The notes: generated by a model not told the origin, from the letters alone. DNA of 64,000 nt from an uncultured Gemmatimonadales bacterium (GCA_963720365.1 CAVRFK010000003.1:32381-96380), one strand, 5' to 3'; shown: positions 21,242 to 31,154, counted from the stretch's first letter. Numbers and translations are program-made.

Positions 21242-22470
21242 CGGCGGTCCGCATCGTCCGACTTGCCACCGGTGGTGACGGGGTGGGCGGGCTGGAGGAT
21301 GGGCGGACGGTCTTCGTGCCGCGGACCGGAGCGGGGGACCTGGTCGAGCTGAGCCAGGTGCGGACGTACCGGCGCTACGCCCGCGCGCGGATCGGTCGCC
21401 TGGTGGAGCCGTCCCCCGATCGGGTCGTCCCACCCTGCCCCCACTACGTGAAAGACGAGTGCGGCGGTTGCCAGCTCCAGCACCTCACGGCCGAGGCGCA
21501 GCGGGCGGCTCGTCGCGGATCCGTGGGCGACGCGCTTCGCCGGATCGCCCGCCTCGACGCGCCCGATCCCGAGATCGTGCCGGCGGAGCAGGAGTTCGGT
21601 TACCGCACCAAGATCACGCTGGCGGTGGATGAAGGCGGCCGCCGCATCGGTCTCCACCCGCTCGACCGTCCCGATCGCGTCTTCGAGCTGGGACACTGCC
21701 ACATCACCCGCGACGAGCTGATGCATCTGTGGGCCGGGTTGCGAGCGCTCCGTTCGCTGCTGCCGGCGTCCCTCCGCCAGCTCGTGCTCCGGCTCGATCG
21801 CAATGGGGGCCGCCATGTGCTGCTGGTCGTCGATCCCGCGGCGAATGCGTGGCAGGGTGGGGCAGCGCTCGCGTCGGGGCTCGCCGGCCGCGGCCTCGAC
21901 GCCACGCTCTGGATCCGGCCGGAAGATGGCGAGCCGCGACCGATCGACCTCCGGGCGGGAGAGCCGGAGCCCTATCCGGCGACCGTGTTCGAGCAGGTGA
22001 ACCCCGCGATGGGCGACAAGGTCCGCGCGTTCGCGATCGACGCCCTGGGCGACGTGGCCGGGCGGCAGGCGCTCGACCTCTATGCCGGGATCGGCGAGAC
22101 GACCGCGATCCTGGCCCGGGCAGGGGCCCGGGTCCAGAGCGTGGAATCCGACGCTCGCGCCGTGGCGGAGGCGGAGGCTCGCGGCCCAGCGGCCGAGCGC
22201 CTGGTGGGGCGGGTGGAGCGCGTGCTCGACCGGTTGCGTCGTCCCGACCTGGTGATCACCAACCCACCGCGCACCGGCATGGACGAGCGGGTCACCGCGG
22301 CGCTCGCGCGCTTCAGGCCCGAGCGGATCGTCTACATCTCCTGCGATCCCGCCACGCTGGCGCGCGATCTGAGCCGGCTGCCCGGCTACCGGTTGACCGG
22401 GGCGCTGGCCTTCGACTTGTTCCCTCAGACCGCGCACGTCGAGACCGTCGTGACTTTGGAGCACGCGTGA
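21238..22470 (+). CDS. TRAM-domain RNA (uracil-5-)-methyltransferase, RlmD/RumA/TrmA family
   Basis: GTG 21238 overlaps the accC stop. 4Fe-4S Cys cluster CPHYVKDECGGCQLQH. SAM-binding DLYAGIGETT. C-terminal ITNPPRTG and YISCDPATLARD. Confidence 0.75.
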   Translation: MTAVRIVRLATGGDGVGGLEDGRTVFVPRTGAGDLVELSQVRTYRRYARARIGRLVEPSPDRVVPPCPHYVKDECGGCQLQHLTAEAQRAARRGSVGDALRRIARLDAPDPEIVPAEQEFGYRTKITLAVDEGGRRIGLHPLDRPDRVFELGHCHITRDELMHLWAGLRALRSLLPASLRQLVLRLDRNGGRHVLLVVDPAANAWQGGAALASGLAGRGLDATLWIRPEDGEPRPIDLRAGEPEPYPATVFEQVNPAMGDKVRAFAIDALGDVAGRQALDLYAGIGETTAILARAGARVQSVESDARAVAEAEARGPAAERLVGRVERVLDRLRRPDLVITNPPRTGMDERVTAALARFRPERIVYISCDPATLARDLSRLPGYRLTGALAFDLFPQTAHVETVVTLEHA

Positions 22471-22964
22471 AATACATCGTCACCATCGCGGGGCGAACCT
22501 ACGAAGTCGACGTGAACGGCGATCAGGTGGGCGTCGCCGGCAACAGCCACACCGCCGCGCTCCGCTCCTCGGCCGACGGGGTGTCGCGGCAGCTGATGAT
22601 CGACGGGCGGCCGCGCGGGCTGACGATGCGGAGCCCCGGGCGCGGCCAGTGGACGCTCAATGTCGGCGGCGACCGCTGGGAGGCGGAGGTGATCGACGAG
22701 CGGACCCGGCATATCCGGAGCCTCACCGGCGCCGCGGACCAGGTCCGCGGCCCGGCCGCGCTGCGCGCGCCGATGCCGGGTCTGGTGGTTCGGGTGGTGG
22801 TCGAGCCGGGGCAGGAGGTCGCCGCCGGAATGGGCCTCGTGGTCCTGGAGGCGATGAAGATGGAGAACGAGCTCAAGGCTTCGGCGGCCGGAACCGTCAC
22901 CGCCGTCCGCGCCCAGCCCGGCGAAGCGGTGGAAAAGGGCCAGGTTCTGGTGGAGTTCCAGTGA
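22467..22964 (+). CDS. biotin carboxyl carrier protein (biotin/lipoyl attachment domain)
   Basis: GTG 22467 overlaps the preceding stop. C-terminal biotinylation motif VLEAMKMENEL in a roughly 70-aa hammerhead domain. Confidence 0.75.
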   Translation: MKYIVTIAGRTYEVDVNGDQVGVAGNSHTAALRSSADGVSRQLMIDGRPRGLTMRSPGRGQWTLNVGGDRWEAEVIDERTRHIRSLTGAADQVRGPAALRAPMPGLVVRVVVEPGQEVAAGMGLVVLEAMKMENELKASAAGTVTAVRAQPGEAVEKGQVLVEFQ

Positions 22965-22992
22965 GGACCCCCCGACGCCCCGGGGCCTCCCC

Positions 22993-23022
22993 TTGACCCT
23001 CTCGCGTCAGACAGGCTATCTT
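22993..23022 (+). promoter_or_regulatory. candidate promoter for rplM-rpsI (TTGACC-N18-TATCTT)
   Basis: Hexamers at 22993-22998 and 23017-23022, about 75 nt upstream of the rplM ATG. Confidence 0.4.
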
Positions 23023-23097
23023 GTGAGTCTGTTTCGGTTTGACCCCGTTTCGACCTTAAGCGGAACGGCTTCGGAAAACCCCAAAGCGGCAGCGCTC

Positions 23098-23550
23098 ATG
23101 AAGACCTTTACGGCCACACCCGACGACATCACCCACGACTGGCATATCGTGGACGCCGCGGGCGTGCCGCTCGGCCGCCTGGCCAGCGTGGTGGCTCAGC
23201 TCATCCGCGGGAAGCACAAGCCCACCTACACGCCGCACATGGATGGCGGCGATTTCGTGGTGGTGGTGAACGCCTCGAAGGTGCGTCTCACCGGCCGGAA
23301 AGAGGAGAACAAGACGTACTTCTCCCACACCGGCTACATGGGGCACGAGCGGCACACGCGCGCGCGCGACCTCCTGTCCAAGCATCCCGATCGGGTGATC
23401 GAGAAGGCCGTGTTCGGCATGTTGCCCAAGAGCTCGCTGGCGCGGCAAAAGATGCGCACCAAGCTCAAGGTCTACGCCGGCGCGGAGCATCCCCACGTGG
23501 CGCAACAGCCCAAGCCGTTCTCCGTCACTCCCTCCAAGGCGAGCGCATGA
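23098..23550 (+). CDS. rplM: 50S ribosomal protein L13
   Basis: MKTFTATPDDITHDWHIVDAAGVPLGRLAS.. is the canonical L13 N-terminus. The upstream part of ORF 22993.. has no homology-like content. Confidence 0.9.
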   Translation: MKTFTATPDDITHDWHIVDAAGVPLGRLASVVAQLIRGKHKPTYTPHMDGGDFVVVVNASKVRLTGRKEENKTYFSHTGYMGHERHTRARDLLSKHPDRVIEKAVFGMLPKSSLARQKMRTKLKVYAGAEHPHVAQQPKPFSVTPSKASA

Positions 23551-23948
23551 CCGCGGTACCCGAATTCCGCTGGCAGGCCGTCGGCCGGCGCAAGACCAGC
23601 GTCGCCCGGGTCTACCTGACCCCCGGCACCGGCAAGTGGGACATCAACGGACGGACGCTGGGTGACTACTTCCCCCGTTCATCCCTGGTCCAGCACATCC
23701 AGCAGTCCTTCACCGCCACCGACACGCTCGGCGCGTTCGACGTGCGGGCGCACGTGGATGGCGGCGGGCAGGCCGGGCAGGCCGGCGCTCTCCGGCTCGC
23801 GATCGCGCGGGCGCTGGTGGAGGCCGACGGGCAGCACCGCACCAAGCTGCGCACCTCGGGTCTGCTGACGCGGGATCCCCGCGCGGTGGAGCGGAAGAAG
23901 CCGGGTCGCCCGGGAGCGCGGAAGCGCTTCCAGTTCAGCAAGCGGTAG
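23547..23948 (+). CDS. rpsI: 30S ribosomal protein S9
   Basis: 133-aa ORF. GRRKTSVARVYL, GGGQAGQAGALRLAIARAL, and C-terminal RKKPGRPGARKRFQFSKR. ATGA overlap with rplM. Confidence 0.9.
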   Translation: MTAVPEFRWQAVGRRKTSVARVYLTPGTGKWDINGRTLGDYFPRSSLVQHIQQSFTATDTLGAFDVRAHVDGGGQAGQAGALRLAIARALVEADGQHRTKLRTSGLLTRDPRAVERKKPGRPGARKRFQFSKR

Positions 23949-24023
23949 GAGTACTACCCTACCCGGCACCGCCGGGCGGGGATGTGCAGAAGGGCGGGTC
24001 CGCCTGACCGCCCAAACAACTCA

Positions 24024-24084
24024 CACCGGCGGATTCCGCGCCTGGTGCCCCTGCGGGGGTTGGCGCGGAAGATGAACCCGGTGG
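24024..24084 (+). promoter_or_regulatory. structured 5' leader of rpsB (nested hairpins)
   Basis: CACCGG (24024-29) pairs with CCGGTG (24079-84). TTCCGCGCC (24034-42) pairs with GGCGCGGAA (24062-70). Inner pair CCCC-TGC-GGGG. Located 40-100 nt upstream of the rpsB ATG. Confidence 0.3.
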
Positions 24085-24121
24085 ACGAATAACCACTCGA
24101 ATGGAAGGACGTCACACCCGC

Positions 24122-25015
24122 ATGGCACAGCCGCTACTGCAGGACCTGCTCGAGGCCGGCGTTCATTTCGGCCACCAGACCCGCCGCTGGAACCCGAAGA
24201 TGCGCCGGTTCATCTTCGCCGAACGGTCGGGCATCTACATCATCGATCTCCAGAAGACCCTTCGTCAGATCCAGAAGGCCCAGGAGCTGCTCCGCAGCGT
24301 GGTCCTCAAGGGCGAGGGCGTCCTCTTCGTGTGCACCAAGAAGCAGCTCAAGGCCATCGTGCAGGCCGAGGCGCAGGCCGCCGGCGCCTTCTACGTGACC
24401 GAGCGCTGGCTCGGCGGCATGCTCACCAACTTCCAGACGGTAAAGAAGCAGATTCGCCGGCTCCGGGAGCTGGAGCAGGGCTCGGCCGACGGCGACTTCG
24501 AGAACTACACCAAGAAGGAAAAGCTGCTCTTCGAGCGCGAGCGGGTGAAGCTGAGCCGCAACCTCGAGGGCATCAAGCTGCTCGGCCGGCTGCCGGGCGC
24601 GCTGTTCATCGTGGACGCCAAGAAGGAGAAGATCGCCGTCGCCGAGGCCAACAAGCTCGGCATTCCGGTGGTCGCGATCGTGGATACCAACGCCGATCCC
24701 GACGTCATCACCGTCCCGGTGCCGGGCAACGACGACGCGATCCGTTCGGTCTCCCTCATCACCGCGGCGCTCTCCGATGTGATCAAGGAGGCTCGCGCCC
24801 AGATGCCGATGCGCGAGGTGGCCGAGGATCTCGAGGCGGAGACCTACAGCACCGACGCCGGCTCCGAGGGCGATTCCGAAGCCGACCGCAAGCGCCGGCG
24901 GCCGCGGCGGAAGCGCCGGCCCAAGCCGGAGGCCATCGCGGCCCGGCTCAAGACCGATGCCGAGGGCGGCGCAGAGACACCAGCCCCGGCCGGGGCCGGC
25001 GACGTCGGCGCGTAA
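24122..25015 (+). CDS. rpsB: 30S ribosomal protein S2 (with charged C-terminal extension)
   Basis: MAQPLLQDLLEAGVHFGHQTRRWNPKM.. is the canonical S2 start. The last 60 aa or so are Asp/Glu- then Arg/Lys/Pro-rich (RKRRRPRRKRRPKPEA). Confidence 0.9.
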   Translation: MAQPLLQDLLEAGVHFGHQTRRWNPKMRRFIFAERSGIYIIDLQKTLRQIQKAQELLRSVVLKGEGVLFVCTKKQLKAIVQAEAQAAGAFYVTERWLGGMLTNFQTVKKQIRRLRELEQGSADGDFENYTKKEKLLFERERVKLSRNLEGIKLLGRLPGALFIVDAKKEKIAVAEANKLGIPVVAIVDTNADPDVITVPVPGNDDAIRSVSLITAALSDVIKEARAQMPMREVAEDLEAETYSTDAGSEGDSEADRKRRRPRRKRRPKPEAIAARLKTDAEGGAETPAPAGAGDVGA

Positions 25016-25043
25016 GCGCGGCGGACCGGATCCGTGAGAGCCT

Positions 25044-25079
25044 CCGCCGCTCCTGGCCCGTGCGGGCCGTGAGCGGCGG
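25044..25079 (+). terminator. rpsB-tsf intergenic hairpin (attenuator/partial terminator)
   Basis: CCGCCGCTC..GGCCC-GTGC-GGGCC..GAGCGGCGG, followed by TCTTACTATT. Confidence 0.4.
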
Positions 25080-25115
25080 TCTTACTATTCAGCCCGAGGT
25101 TTACCAGAGGAAGCC

Positions 25116-25721
25116 ATGGCAAGCGCGACGATTTCCCCGAAAGATGTGAGCGAGCTCCGGGCCCGCACCGGCGCGGGCATGATGGATTGCAAGCGGGCGC
25201 TGGAAGAGGCCGGCGGCGACATGAACAAGGCCGCGGAGATCCTGCGCAAGAAGGGGATCGCCAAGGCCGAGAAGCGCGCCGGCCGGGTCGCGTCGCAGGG
25301 GCTGGTGGTGAGCTACATCCATCACAATGCGCAGGTCGGCGTCCTGCTCGAGCTCAACTCCGAGACCGACTTCGTGGCGCGCAACGAGGCCTTCGGGCAG
25401 CTCGCGCGCGACCTCGCGCTGCACGTGGCCTCCGCCGATCCGATGGGCGTGAACCCTGAGGACATTCCGGCGGATCTGCTGGAGCGCGAGCGGCGCATCG
25501 CGGAGGAGCAGGTCGCGGCCGAGGGGAAGCCGGAGAACATCCGGGCCAAGATCGTGGACGGGAAGATCAAGAAGTTCGTGGCGGAACGGACGCTGCTGGA
25601 GCAGCCCTACGTGCGCAACGACAAGATCACCGTGGGCGAGCTGATCAAGGAGGCGTCCGGCAAGCTCGGCGAGGCCATCTCGGTCCGCCGCTTCGCCCGG
25701 TTCCAGATCGGGGCCGCCTGA
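25116..25721 (+). CDS. tsf: elongation factor Ts (short form)
   Basis: [42 protein letters not shown] (UBA-like N-domain). 201 aa. Confidence 0.9.
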   Translation: MASATISPKDVSELRARTGAGMMDCKRALEEAGGDMNKAAEILRKKGIAKAEKRAGRVASQGLVVSYIHHNAQVGVLLELNSETDFVARNEAFGQLARDLALHVASADPMGVNPEDIPADLLERERRIAEEQVAAEGKPENIRAKIVDGKIKKFVAERTLLEQPYVRNDKITVGELIKEASGKLGEAISVRRFARFQIGAA

Positions 25722-26434
25722 TGGCCCTCGCCTACACCCGCGCCCTGCTCAAGCTGTCGGGCGAGGCGTTGGCGGGGGAGAGGGGAAGCGGCCTCGACTT
25801 TCACGTGGTCGAGGCTTTTGCGGAGGAGATCAAGGCGGTGCACGCCCTCGGCGTGCACCTCTCGCTCGTGGTGGGCGGCGGCAACATCATCCGCGGCGCC
25901 ACGGCCAGCCGGGAAGGCCTCGACCGGGTCTCCGCCGACTACATGGGCATGCTCGCCACGGTCATCAACGCCCTGGCGCTCCAGGACGTGCTGGAGAAGA
26001 TCGGCGTGGACACGCGGGTGATGACGGCCGTGCGGATGGAATCGGTGGCCGAGCCCTACATCCGCCGGCGCGCCATCCGCCACCTGGAAAAAGGGCGGCT
26101 GGTCATCTTCGCCGCGGGCACCGGCAATCCGTTCTTCTCCACCGACACCGCCGGCGTACTCCGGGCCCTCGAGATCGAGGCGCAGGTGATCCTCAAGGCC
26201 ACCAACGTGGACGGGATCTACACCAGCGATCCCCGGAAGGATCCCAACGCCACGTTCATCCGCGAGCTGACCTACCAGGAAGCGATCATCAAGAACTACG
26301 CCGTCATGGACGCCAACGCGTTCGGGCTCTGCAAGGCCAACCAGCTGCCTATCGTGGTCTTCAACATCAACCGTCCCGGCGCCATCAGACGCGTTCTCGA
26401 AGGCGACCAGGACATCGGAACCATCGTCCGATGA
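25721..26434 (+). CDS. pyrH: UMP kinase
   Basis: [51 protein letters not shown]. Confidence 0.9.
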   Translation: MALAYTRALLKLSGEALAGERGSGLDFHVVEAFAEEIKAVHALGVHLSLVVGGGNIIRGATASREGLDRVSADYMGMLATVINALALQDVLEKIGVDTRVMTAVRMESVAEPYIRRRAIRHLEKGRLVIFAAGTGNPFFSTDTAGVLRALEIEAQVILKATNVDGIYTSDPRKDPNATFIRELTYQEAIIKNYAVMDANAFGLCKANQLPIVVFNINRPGAIRRVLEGDQDIGTIVR

Positions 26435-26985
26435 GCACCATACCCGAGCTGGTCAAGCACGCGAAGGAGCTGATGCACAAGGCGATCGACGCCACCAAGC
26501 GTGAGGTCGCCGGCATCCGCAGCAACAAGGCCACGCCCAACCTGCTCGACCTCGTCCGGGTCGAGGCCTACGGCAACACCGTCCCCATCAATCAGGTGGC
26601 GATGGTCGCGGCCCCGGAGCCCCGCCTCCTCACCGTGCAGCCGTTCGACAAGTCCTTGTCGCAGGCGATCGAGAAGGCCATCCGCGACGGCGGCCTCGGG
26701 CTCAACCCCGCGACGCAGGGCAACCTGATCCGGGTGCCGCTGCCGGTGCTCTCCGAGGAGCGGCGCAAGGAGCTGGTGAAGGTGATCCACAAGCTGGCCG
26801 AGGACGGGCGCATCGCCGTGCGCCACGCGCGCACCGACGCGCTCTCGCGGGTGAAGAAGCTCGAGCACATCTCCGACGACGACAAGACGCGGGCGGAGAA
26901 GGACATCCAGAAGCTCACCGACGAGCACATCAAGCAGATCGACGGCCTGATGCACGCCAAAGAGGCCGAGATCATGGAAGTCTGA
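26431..26985 (+). CDS. frr: ribosome recycling factor
   Basis: 184-aa [51 protein letters not shown]. Confidence 0.9.
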   Translation: MSTIPELVKHAKELMHKAIDATKREVAGIRSNKATPNLLDLVRVEAYGNTVPINQVAMVAAPEPRLLTVQPFDKSLSQAIEKAIRDGGLGLNPATQGNLIRVPLPVLSEERRKELVKVIHKLAEDGRIAVRHARTDALSRVKKLEHISDDDKTRAEKDIQKLTDEHIKQIDGLMHAKEAEIMEV

Positions 26986-26988
26986 CGG

Positions 26989-27696
26989 ATGAGCGACGTC
27001 CCTCATCACATCGCGATCATCATGGACGGCAACGGGCGCTGGGCCGCCGGCCGGGCGCTGCCCCGTCCGCTGGGGCATCATGCCGGCATGAGCTCGGTGC
27101 GCGAGGTGGTGGAGGGCTGTCTCGAGGCGGGCGTCTCCGTGCTCACGCTGTTCGCGTTCAGCCAGGAGAACTGGCAGCGCCCGGCGGGTGAGATCGAGGC
27201 GCTGATGAGCCTGCTCGAGGAGTATATCGCCCGGGAAGTGAGCGAGCTCCGCCAGCAGGGCGTGGCCGTCCGGATCCTCGGCGACCTCGACCGACTCAGC
27301 GGCGGCGCCCGCCGCGCGGTGGATCGGATCGTGGCGGAAACCGCGGGCGGCACCCGCCTCGCGCTCAATCTCTGCATCTCCTACGGCTCGCGCTCCGAGA
27401 TCGTGCACGCCGCCCGCCTGCTGGCGGAGGACGTCGCGGCCGGCCGGATCGTGCCCGCCGAGATCGACGAGACGGCGTTCGCCCGCCGGCTCTACACCGC
27501 CGAGTGGCCCGACCCCGACCTGCTCATCCGGACCTCGGGCGAGATGCGGATCTCCAACTTCCTCCTCTGGCAGCTCGCCTACGCCGAGTTGTACGTGACG
27601 CCGGTGCTCTGGCCCGACTTCACCCGCCAGCATCTCTTCGAGGCCATCCTGGAGTTCCAGCGGCGCGACCGTCGGTTCGGGCGCGTCCCGGCCTGA
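26989..27696 (+). CDS. uppS: undecaprenyl diphosphate synthase (di-trans,poly-cis-decaprenylcistransferase)
   Basis: HIAIIMDGNGRWA, LTLFAFSQENWQRP, DLLIRTSGEMRISNFLLWQLAYAELY. Confidence 0.9.
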   Translation: MSDVPHHIAIIMDGNGRWAAGRALPRPLGHHAGMSSVREVVEGCLEAGVSVLTLFAFSQENWQRPAGEIEALMSLLEEYIAREVSELRQQGVAVRILGDLDRLSGGARRAVDRIVAETAGGTRLALNLCISYGSRSEIVHAARLLAEDVAAGRIVPAEIDETAFARRLYTAEWPDPDLLIRTSGEMRISNFLLWQLAYAELYVTPVLWPDFTRQHLFEAILEFQRRDRRFGRVPA

Positions 27697-28565
27697 TGGC
27701 GTCCGAGCTGGTCCGCCGAGTCGGGTTCGCGGCCATCGCGATCCCGCTCGCGCTCGCCATCACGTGGTACGGCGGCTGGCCGTTCGCGCTGCTGCTCAGC
27801 CTCGCCACCGCGCTCGGCACCGCCGAGCTGTTCGGGCTCGCCGAGCGGGTAAGCATCCGGCCGGCACGGCAGCTCGGCATCGCCACCGCGGCCGCGCTTC
27901 CGGTGCTCACCTGGCTGGCCCTGTCGGTGCCCGGCATCGGCGCCGATGTGGATCAGGGCGGGCTGTACTTCGGCGCTCTCTGGCTCGTCGCGCTGCTCTG
28001 CTGGGCCCTGGCGGCGCGCGCGCCGACCGGCCGGCCACTCGAAGCTGTCTCGGTCACGCTGCTGGGCGTGTTGTACACCGGCGCGCTGCCCGCGTTCGCG
28101 GTGATCATCCGTCACGTCGATCTGCCGGTGCGGAGCTGGGCCGGCGCGTGGCTGGTGTTCTTCCCGCTGATCGTCACCTGGATCTGCGATACCGCGGCGA
28201 TGTTCGGAGGCCGTACCTTCAAGGGGCCCAAGCTGGCGCCGACCGTGAGCCCGGGAAAGACCAGGTCCGGGGCGGTGCTCGGCGTGATGGGCGCGGTGGC
28301 CGTGGCGCCCCTCTTCTCCGAGTGGATCTTTCCGAAGGTGGGCATCGAGCTGGGCTTCGGGCCGGCGGTGGCGATCGCCGCGGTGCTGTCGGTGGTGGGG
28401 CAGGTCGGTGATCTCGCCGAGTCGCTGGTCAAGCGCCAGGCGGGGGTCAAGGATTCGAGCCGGCTCATTCCGGGCCACGGCGGTGTGCTCGACCGGCTCG
28501 ACTCGCTCTATTTCGTGGTGCCGGTGACCGCGGCGATGTACCGGTATTTCGAGGTGATCAGGTGA
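27696..28565 (+). CDS. cdsA: phosphatidate cytidylyltransferase
   Basis: ATG 27696 overlaps the uppS stop by 1 nt. Multi-TM protein with C-terminal signature SLVKRQAGVKDSSRLIPGHGGVLDRLDS. Confidence 0.8.
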   Translation: MASELVRRVGFAAIAIPLALAITWYGGWPFALLLSLATALGTAELFGLAERVSIRPARQLGIATAAALPVLTWLALSVPGIGADVDQGGLYFGALWLVALLCWALAARAPTGRPLEAVSVTLLGVLYTGALPAFAVIIRHVDLPVRSWAGAWLVFFPLIVTWICDTAAMFGGRTFKGPKLAPTVSPGKTRSGAVLGVMGAVAVAPLFSEWIFPKVGIELGFGPAVAIAAVLSVVGQVGDLAESLVKRQAGVKDSSRLIPGHGGVLDRLDSLYFVVPVTAAMYRYFEVIR

Positions 28566-29698
28566 ACGGCAACGGCGGGAGGCGCGGAGTGGCGGTGCTG
28601 GGCTCCACCGGCTCGGTGGGGCGCAGCACGCTCGACGTGCTCCGGCGCCAGCGGGATCACTTCGAGGTCGTCGCCCTCACCTGCGGCCGGAACCGCGAGG
28701 AGTTCGAGCGGCAGGTCGCCGAGTGGCGGCCCGCCTTCGCCGGACTGGCGGTGCCCGGTGCCGACGAGCGCTGGCCCTGCGGGCCGGACGTGCTGGTCGA
28801 AGCCGCCACCCATGCGGACGTGGACATCGTCGTGAACGCGGTGGTCGGCGCGGCCGGGCTCGACGCTACCCTCGCCGCGCTTCGGGCGGGGAAGCGGGTG
28901 GCGCTGGCCAACAAGGAAAGCCTGGTCATGGCCGGGGACCTCGTGGTCCAGGCGGCCTGCGCCGGCGGCGGCGAGATCGTGCCGGTGGACTCCGAGCACA
29001 GCGCGGTGCTTCAGTGCGTGGCCGGCCGGGACGCCGGGCTGGGCCGCTTGATCCTGACGTGCTCCGGGGGGCCGTTCCGGGAATGGCCTCACGAGCGGAT
29101 CCGCGAGGCCACCGTAGAGGAGGCGCTGCGGCATCCGACCTGGCGGATGGGTCAGAAGATCACGGTCGACAGCGCCACCCTGGCCAACAAGGCACTCGAG
29201 GTGATCGAGGCCCACTACCTGTTCCGGCTCGGCTACGATGCGCTGGAGGTCGTGGTCCATCCGCAGAGCATCATCCATGCGTTCGTCGAGTTCTGCGACG
29301 GGAGCGTCATCGCCCAGCTGGGCTTCCCGTCCATGGAGCTGCCGATCCTGTACGCGTTGACGCATCCCGGCCGCCTGCCCGACACCGGCGTCCGGAGGCT
29401 GGACCCGGTCGCCGCCGGGCCGCTCACGTTCGAGCCGGTCAGGCGGGACGTCTTCCGGGCGCTGGACGCCGGCATGGCCGCCGGTCGCGCCGCGGGCACG
29501 GCGCCTGCCGTGTTCAACGCGGCCAACGAGGTGGCGGTCGCCGCCTTCCTGGATGGAGCGATCCCCTTCGGGCGGATCAGTGAGATCATCGAGCGGGTGC
29601 TGGAAGCGCACGCACCCGCCCCCGCCACCGCGGTGGAAGCGGTGCGCGAGGCCGACCGTTGGGCGCGATCGCGTGCCCGTGAGCTCGTGAGGACTTAA
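28562..29698 (+). CDS. dxr: 1-deoxy-D-xylulose 5-phosphate reductoisomerase
   Basis: VAVLGSTGSVGRSTLDV, LANKESLV, PVDSEHSA, HPTWRMGQKITVDSATL. Confidence 0.9.
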   Translation: MNGNGGRRGVAVLGSTGSVGRSTLDVLRRQRDHFEVVALTCGRNREEFERQVAEWRPAFAGLAVPGADERWPCGPDVLVEAATHADVDIVVNAVVGAAGLDATLAALRAGKRVALANKESLVMAGDLVVQAACAGGGEIVPVDSEHSAVLQCVAGRDAGLGRLILTCSGGPFREWPHERIREATVEEALRHPTWRMGQKITVDSATLANKALEVIEAHYLFRLGYDALEVVVHPQSIIHAFVEFCDGSVIAQLGFPSMELPILYALTHPGRLPDTGVRRLDPVAAGPLTFEPVRRDVFRALDAGMAAGRAAGTAPAVFNAANEVAVAAFLDGAIPFGRISEIIERVLEAHAPAPATAVEAVREADRWARSRARELVRT

Positions 29699-31064
29699 GT
29701 GCTGACGACTATTCTCGCTCTCATCATCGTGCTCGGCGTGCTGATCTTCATCCACGAGGCCGGCCACTTCCTGGCCGCCAAGTGGGCGGGGATCTACGTG
29801 CATCGCTTCTCGCTCGGCCTCGGGTCGCCGATTCCCTGGCTGACCTTCCGCCGCGGCGAGACCGAGTACTCGATCTCCTGGCTTCCCCTCGGCGGCTACG
29901 TGAAGATGGCCAGCCGGGAGGAGGACGTGACCAGCTCCGCGCTGGAGGGCGGCCACGTCGAGGCCCAGGTGCCACCGGATCGCGTGTTCGAGGCGAAGCC
30001 GGTCTGGAAGCGGATGGTGGTGATCCTGGCCGGCGTGACGATGAACGCGCTGTTCGCATGGCTGGCCTTCTCGTTCCTGGCGGGCAAGAACGGACGGCAG
30101 ATCGATCCCACGACGACGGTGGGCCAGGTACTCGACGAAGCGGTGCCGCCGGGCGCGGAGGCGCTGCGGGAGATCCCGATCGGCTCGAAGATCGTCGCGA
30201 TCAACGGCCGGCCGGTGTCCTCCTGGAACGACGTCACCGATCAGATCGCCAACGCGCCCGAGCAGGAGCTCAGGATCGAGCTGGAGGGCGGCAAGACCGT
30301 CGTGCTCCCGATCCATCCGGACGCGCTGGAGGGACGGCTCAAGGCCACCCAGGCGATCCAGCCGCATCGCCTGGCCGTCATCGGCGCGGTGCTGCCCAGC
30401 CGGCCGGCCGCGCGCGCCGGCCTGGCCGCGGGCGATACCATCGTCGGGTTGAACGGACAGCCGATCGGCCAGTGGTACGATGTGCTGGCGGGGCTGCAGC
30501 GGAACACCGGCGAGCCGATCTCGATGGAGATCGGCAATCAGCACCGGGCGTCGCACGGTCAACCTGACGCCCGAGGTGCAGACCATCGAGGGACTCGACG
30601 GCAAGCCCCAGAAGGTGGGCCGGGTGGGGATCTCGGTGAAGCTCGATGTCCGGTCCGAGCCGCTGGGCCCGGTGGACGCGCTCGAGGAGGGATGGACCGC
30701 GACGGTGTCGTCGTCCACCCAGATCGTGCGCACGGTCCGGGGATTGTTCAGTGGCCGGATTTCCCGGCGCGAGGTCGGCGGTCCGATCATGATCGGCCAG
30801 CTCGCCGGCGAGAGCGCCCGCATGGGCCTGGACCCCTTCCTCGCCTTCATGGCCCTGATCTCCATCAACCTGGCGGTCCTCAACCTGCTGCCGGTGCCGG
30901 TTCTGGACGGGGGCCAGTTCCTCTTCCTGCTGGCGGAGGCGGTGATTCGGCGGCCGTTGCCGCTCCGCCTGCGGGAGCGGCTGACCGCGGTGGGGATGGT
31001 GCTGATCGTGCTGCTGATGGGGTTGGCGTTTTCGAACGATATCCGGCGGCTGTTTGGGGGGTAG
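29699..31064 (+). CDS. rseP: RIP metalloprotease RseP (site-2 protease), one frame break
   Basis: ORF 29699.. (HEAGHFLAAK zinc motif, PDZ-like segments) joins ORF 30480..31064 (GGPIMIG, NLAVLNLLPVPVLDGG) after removing one base near 30545-30551. Confidence 0.8.
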
Positions 31065-31075
31065 GTGGGCTCCCC

Positions 31076-31105
31076 TTGCCCCACTCCCCAAACTCGGGTT
31101 ATTCT
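31076..31105 (+). promoter_or_regulatory. candidate promoter for rpsO (TTGCCC-N18-TATTCT)
   Basis: Hexamers at 31076-31081 and 31100-31105. An alternative -10-like TACAAT lies at 31113-31118. Confidence 0.3.
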
Positions 31106-31154
31106 TCACAGCTACAATGGATTACGACGTTTTGAACCCAAGAGGAACAGCAGC

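Noticed and set aside
22993-24121. Longer starts offered by the ORF track for rplM (22993), rpsB (24101), and likewise mreB (36475), cdsA (27504), larB (55190) and the BCCP gene (21729)
   Set aside because: The extensions lack family-like sequence. Several overlap the preceding gene out of frame or coincide with candidate promoter hexamers. Conserved N-termini begin at the internal starts I used.
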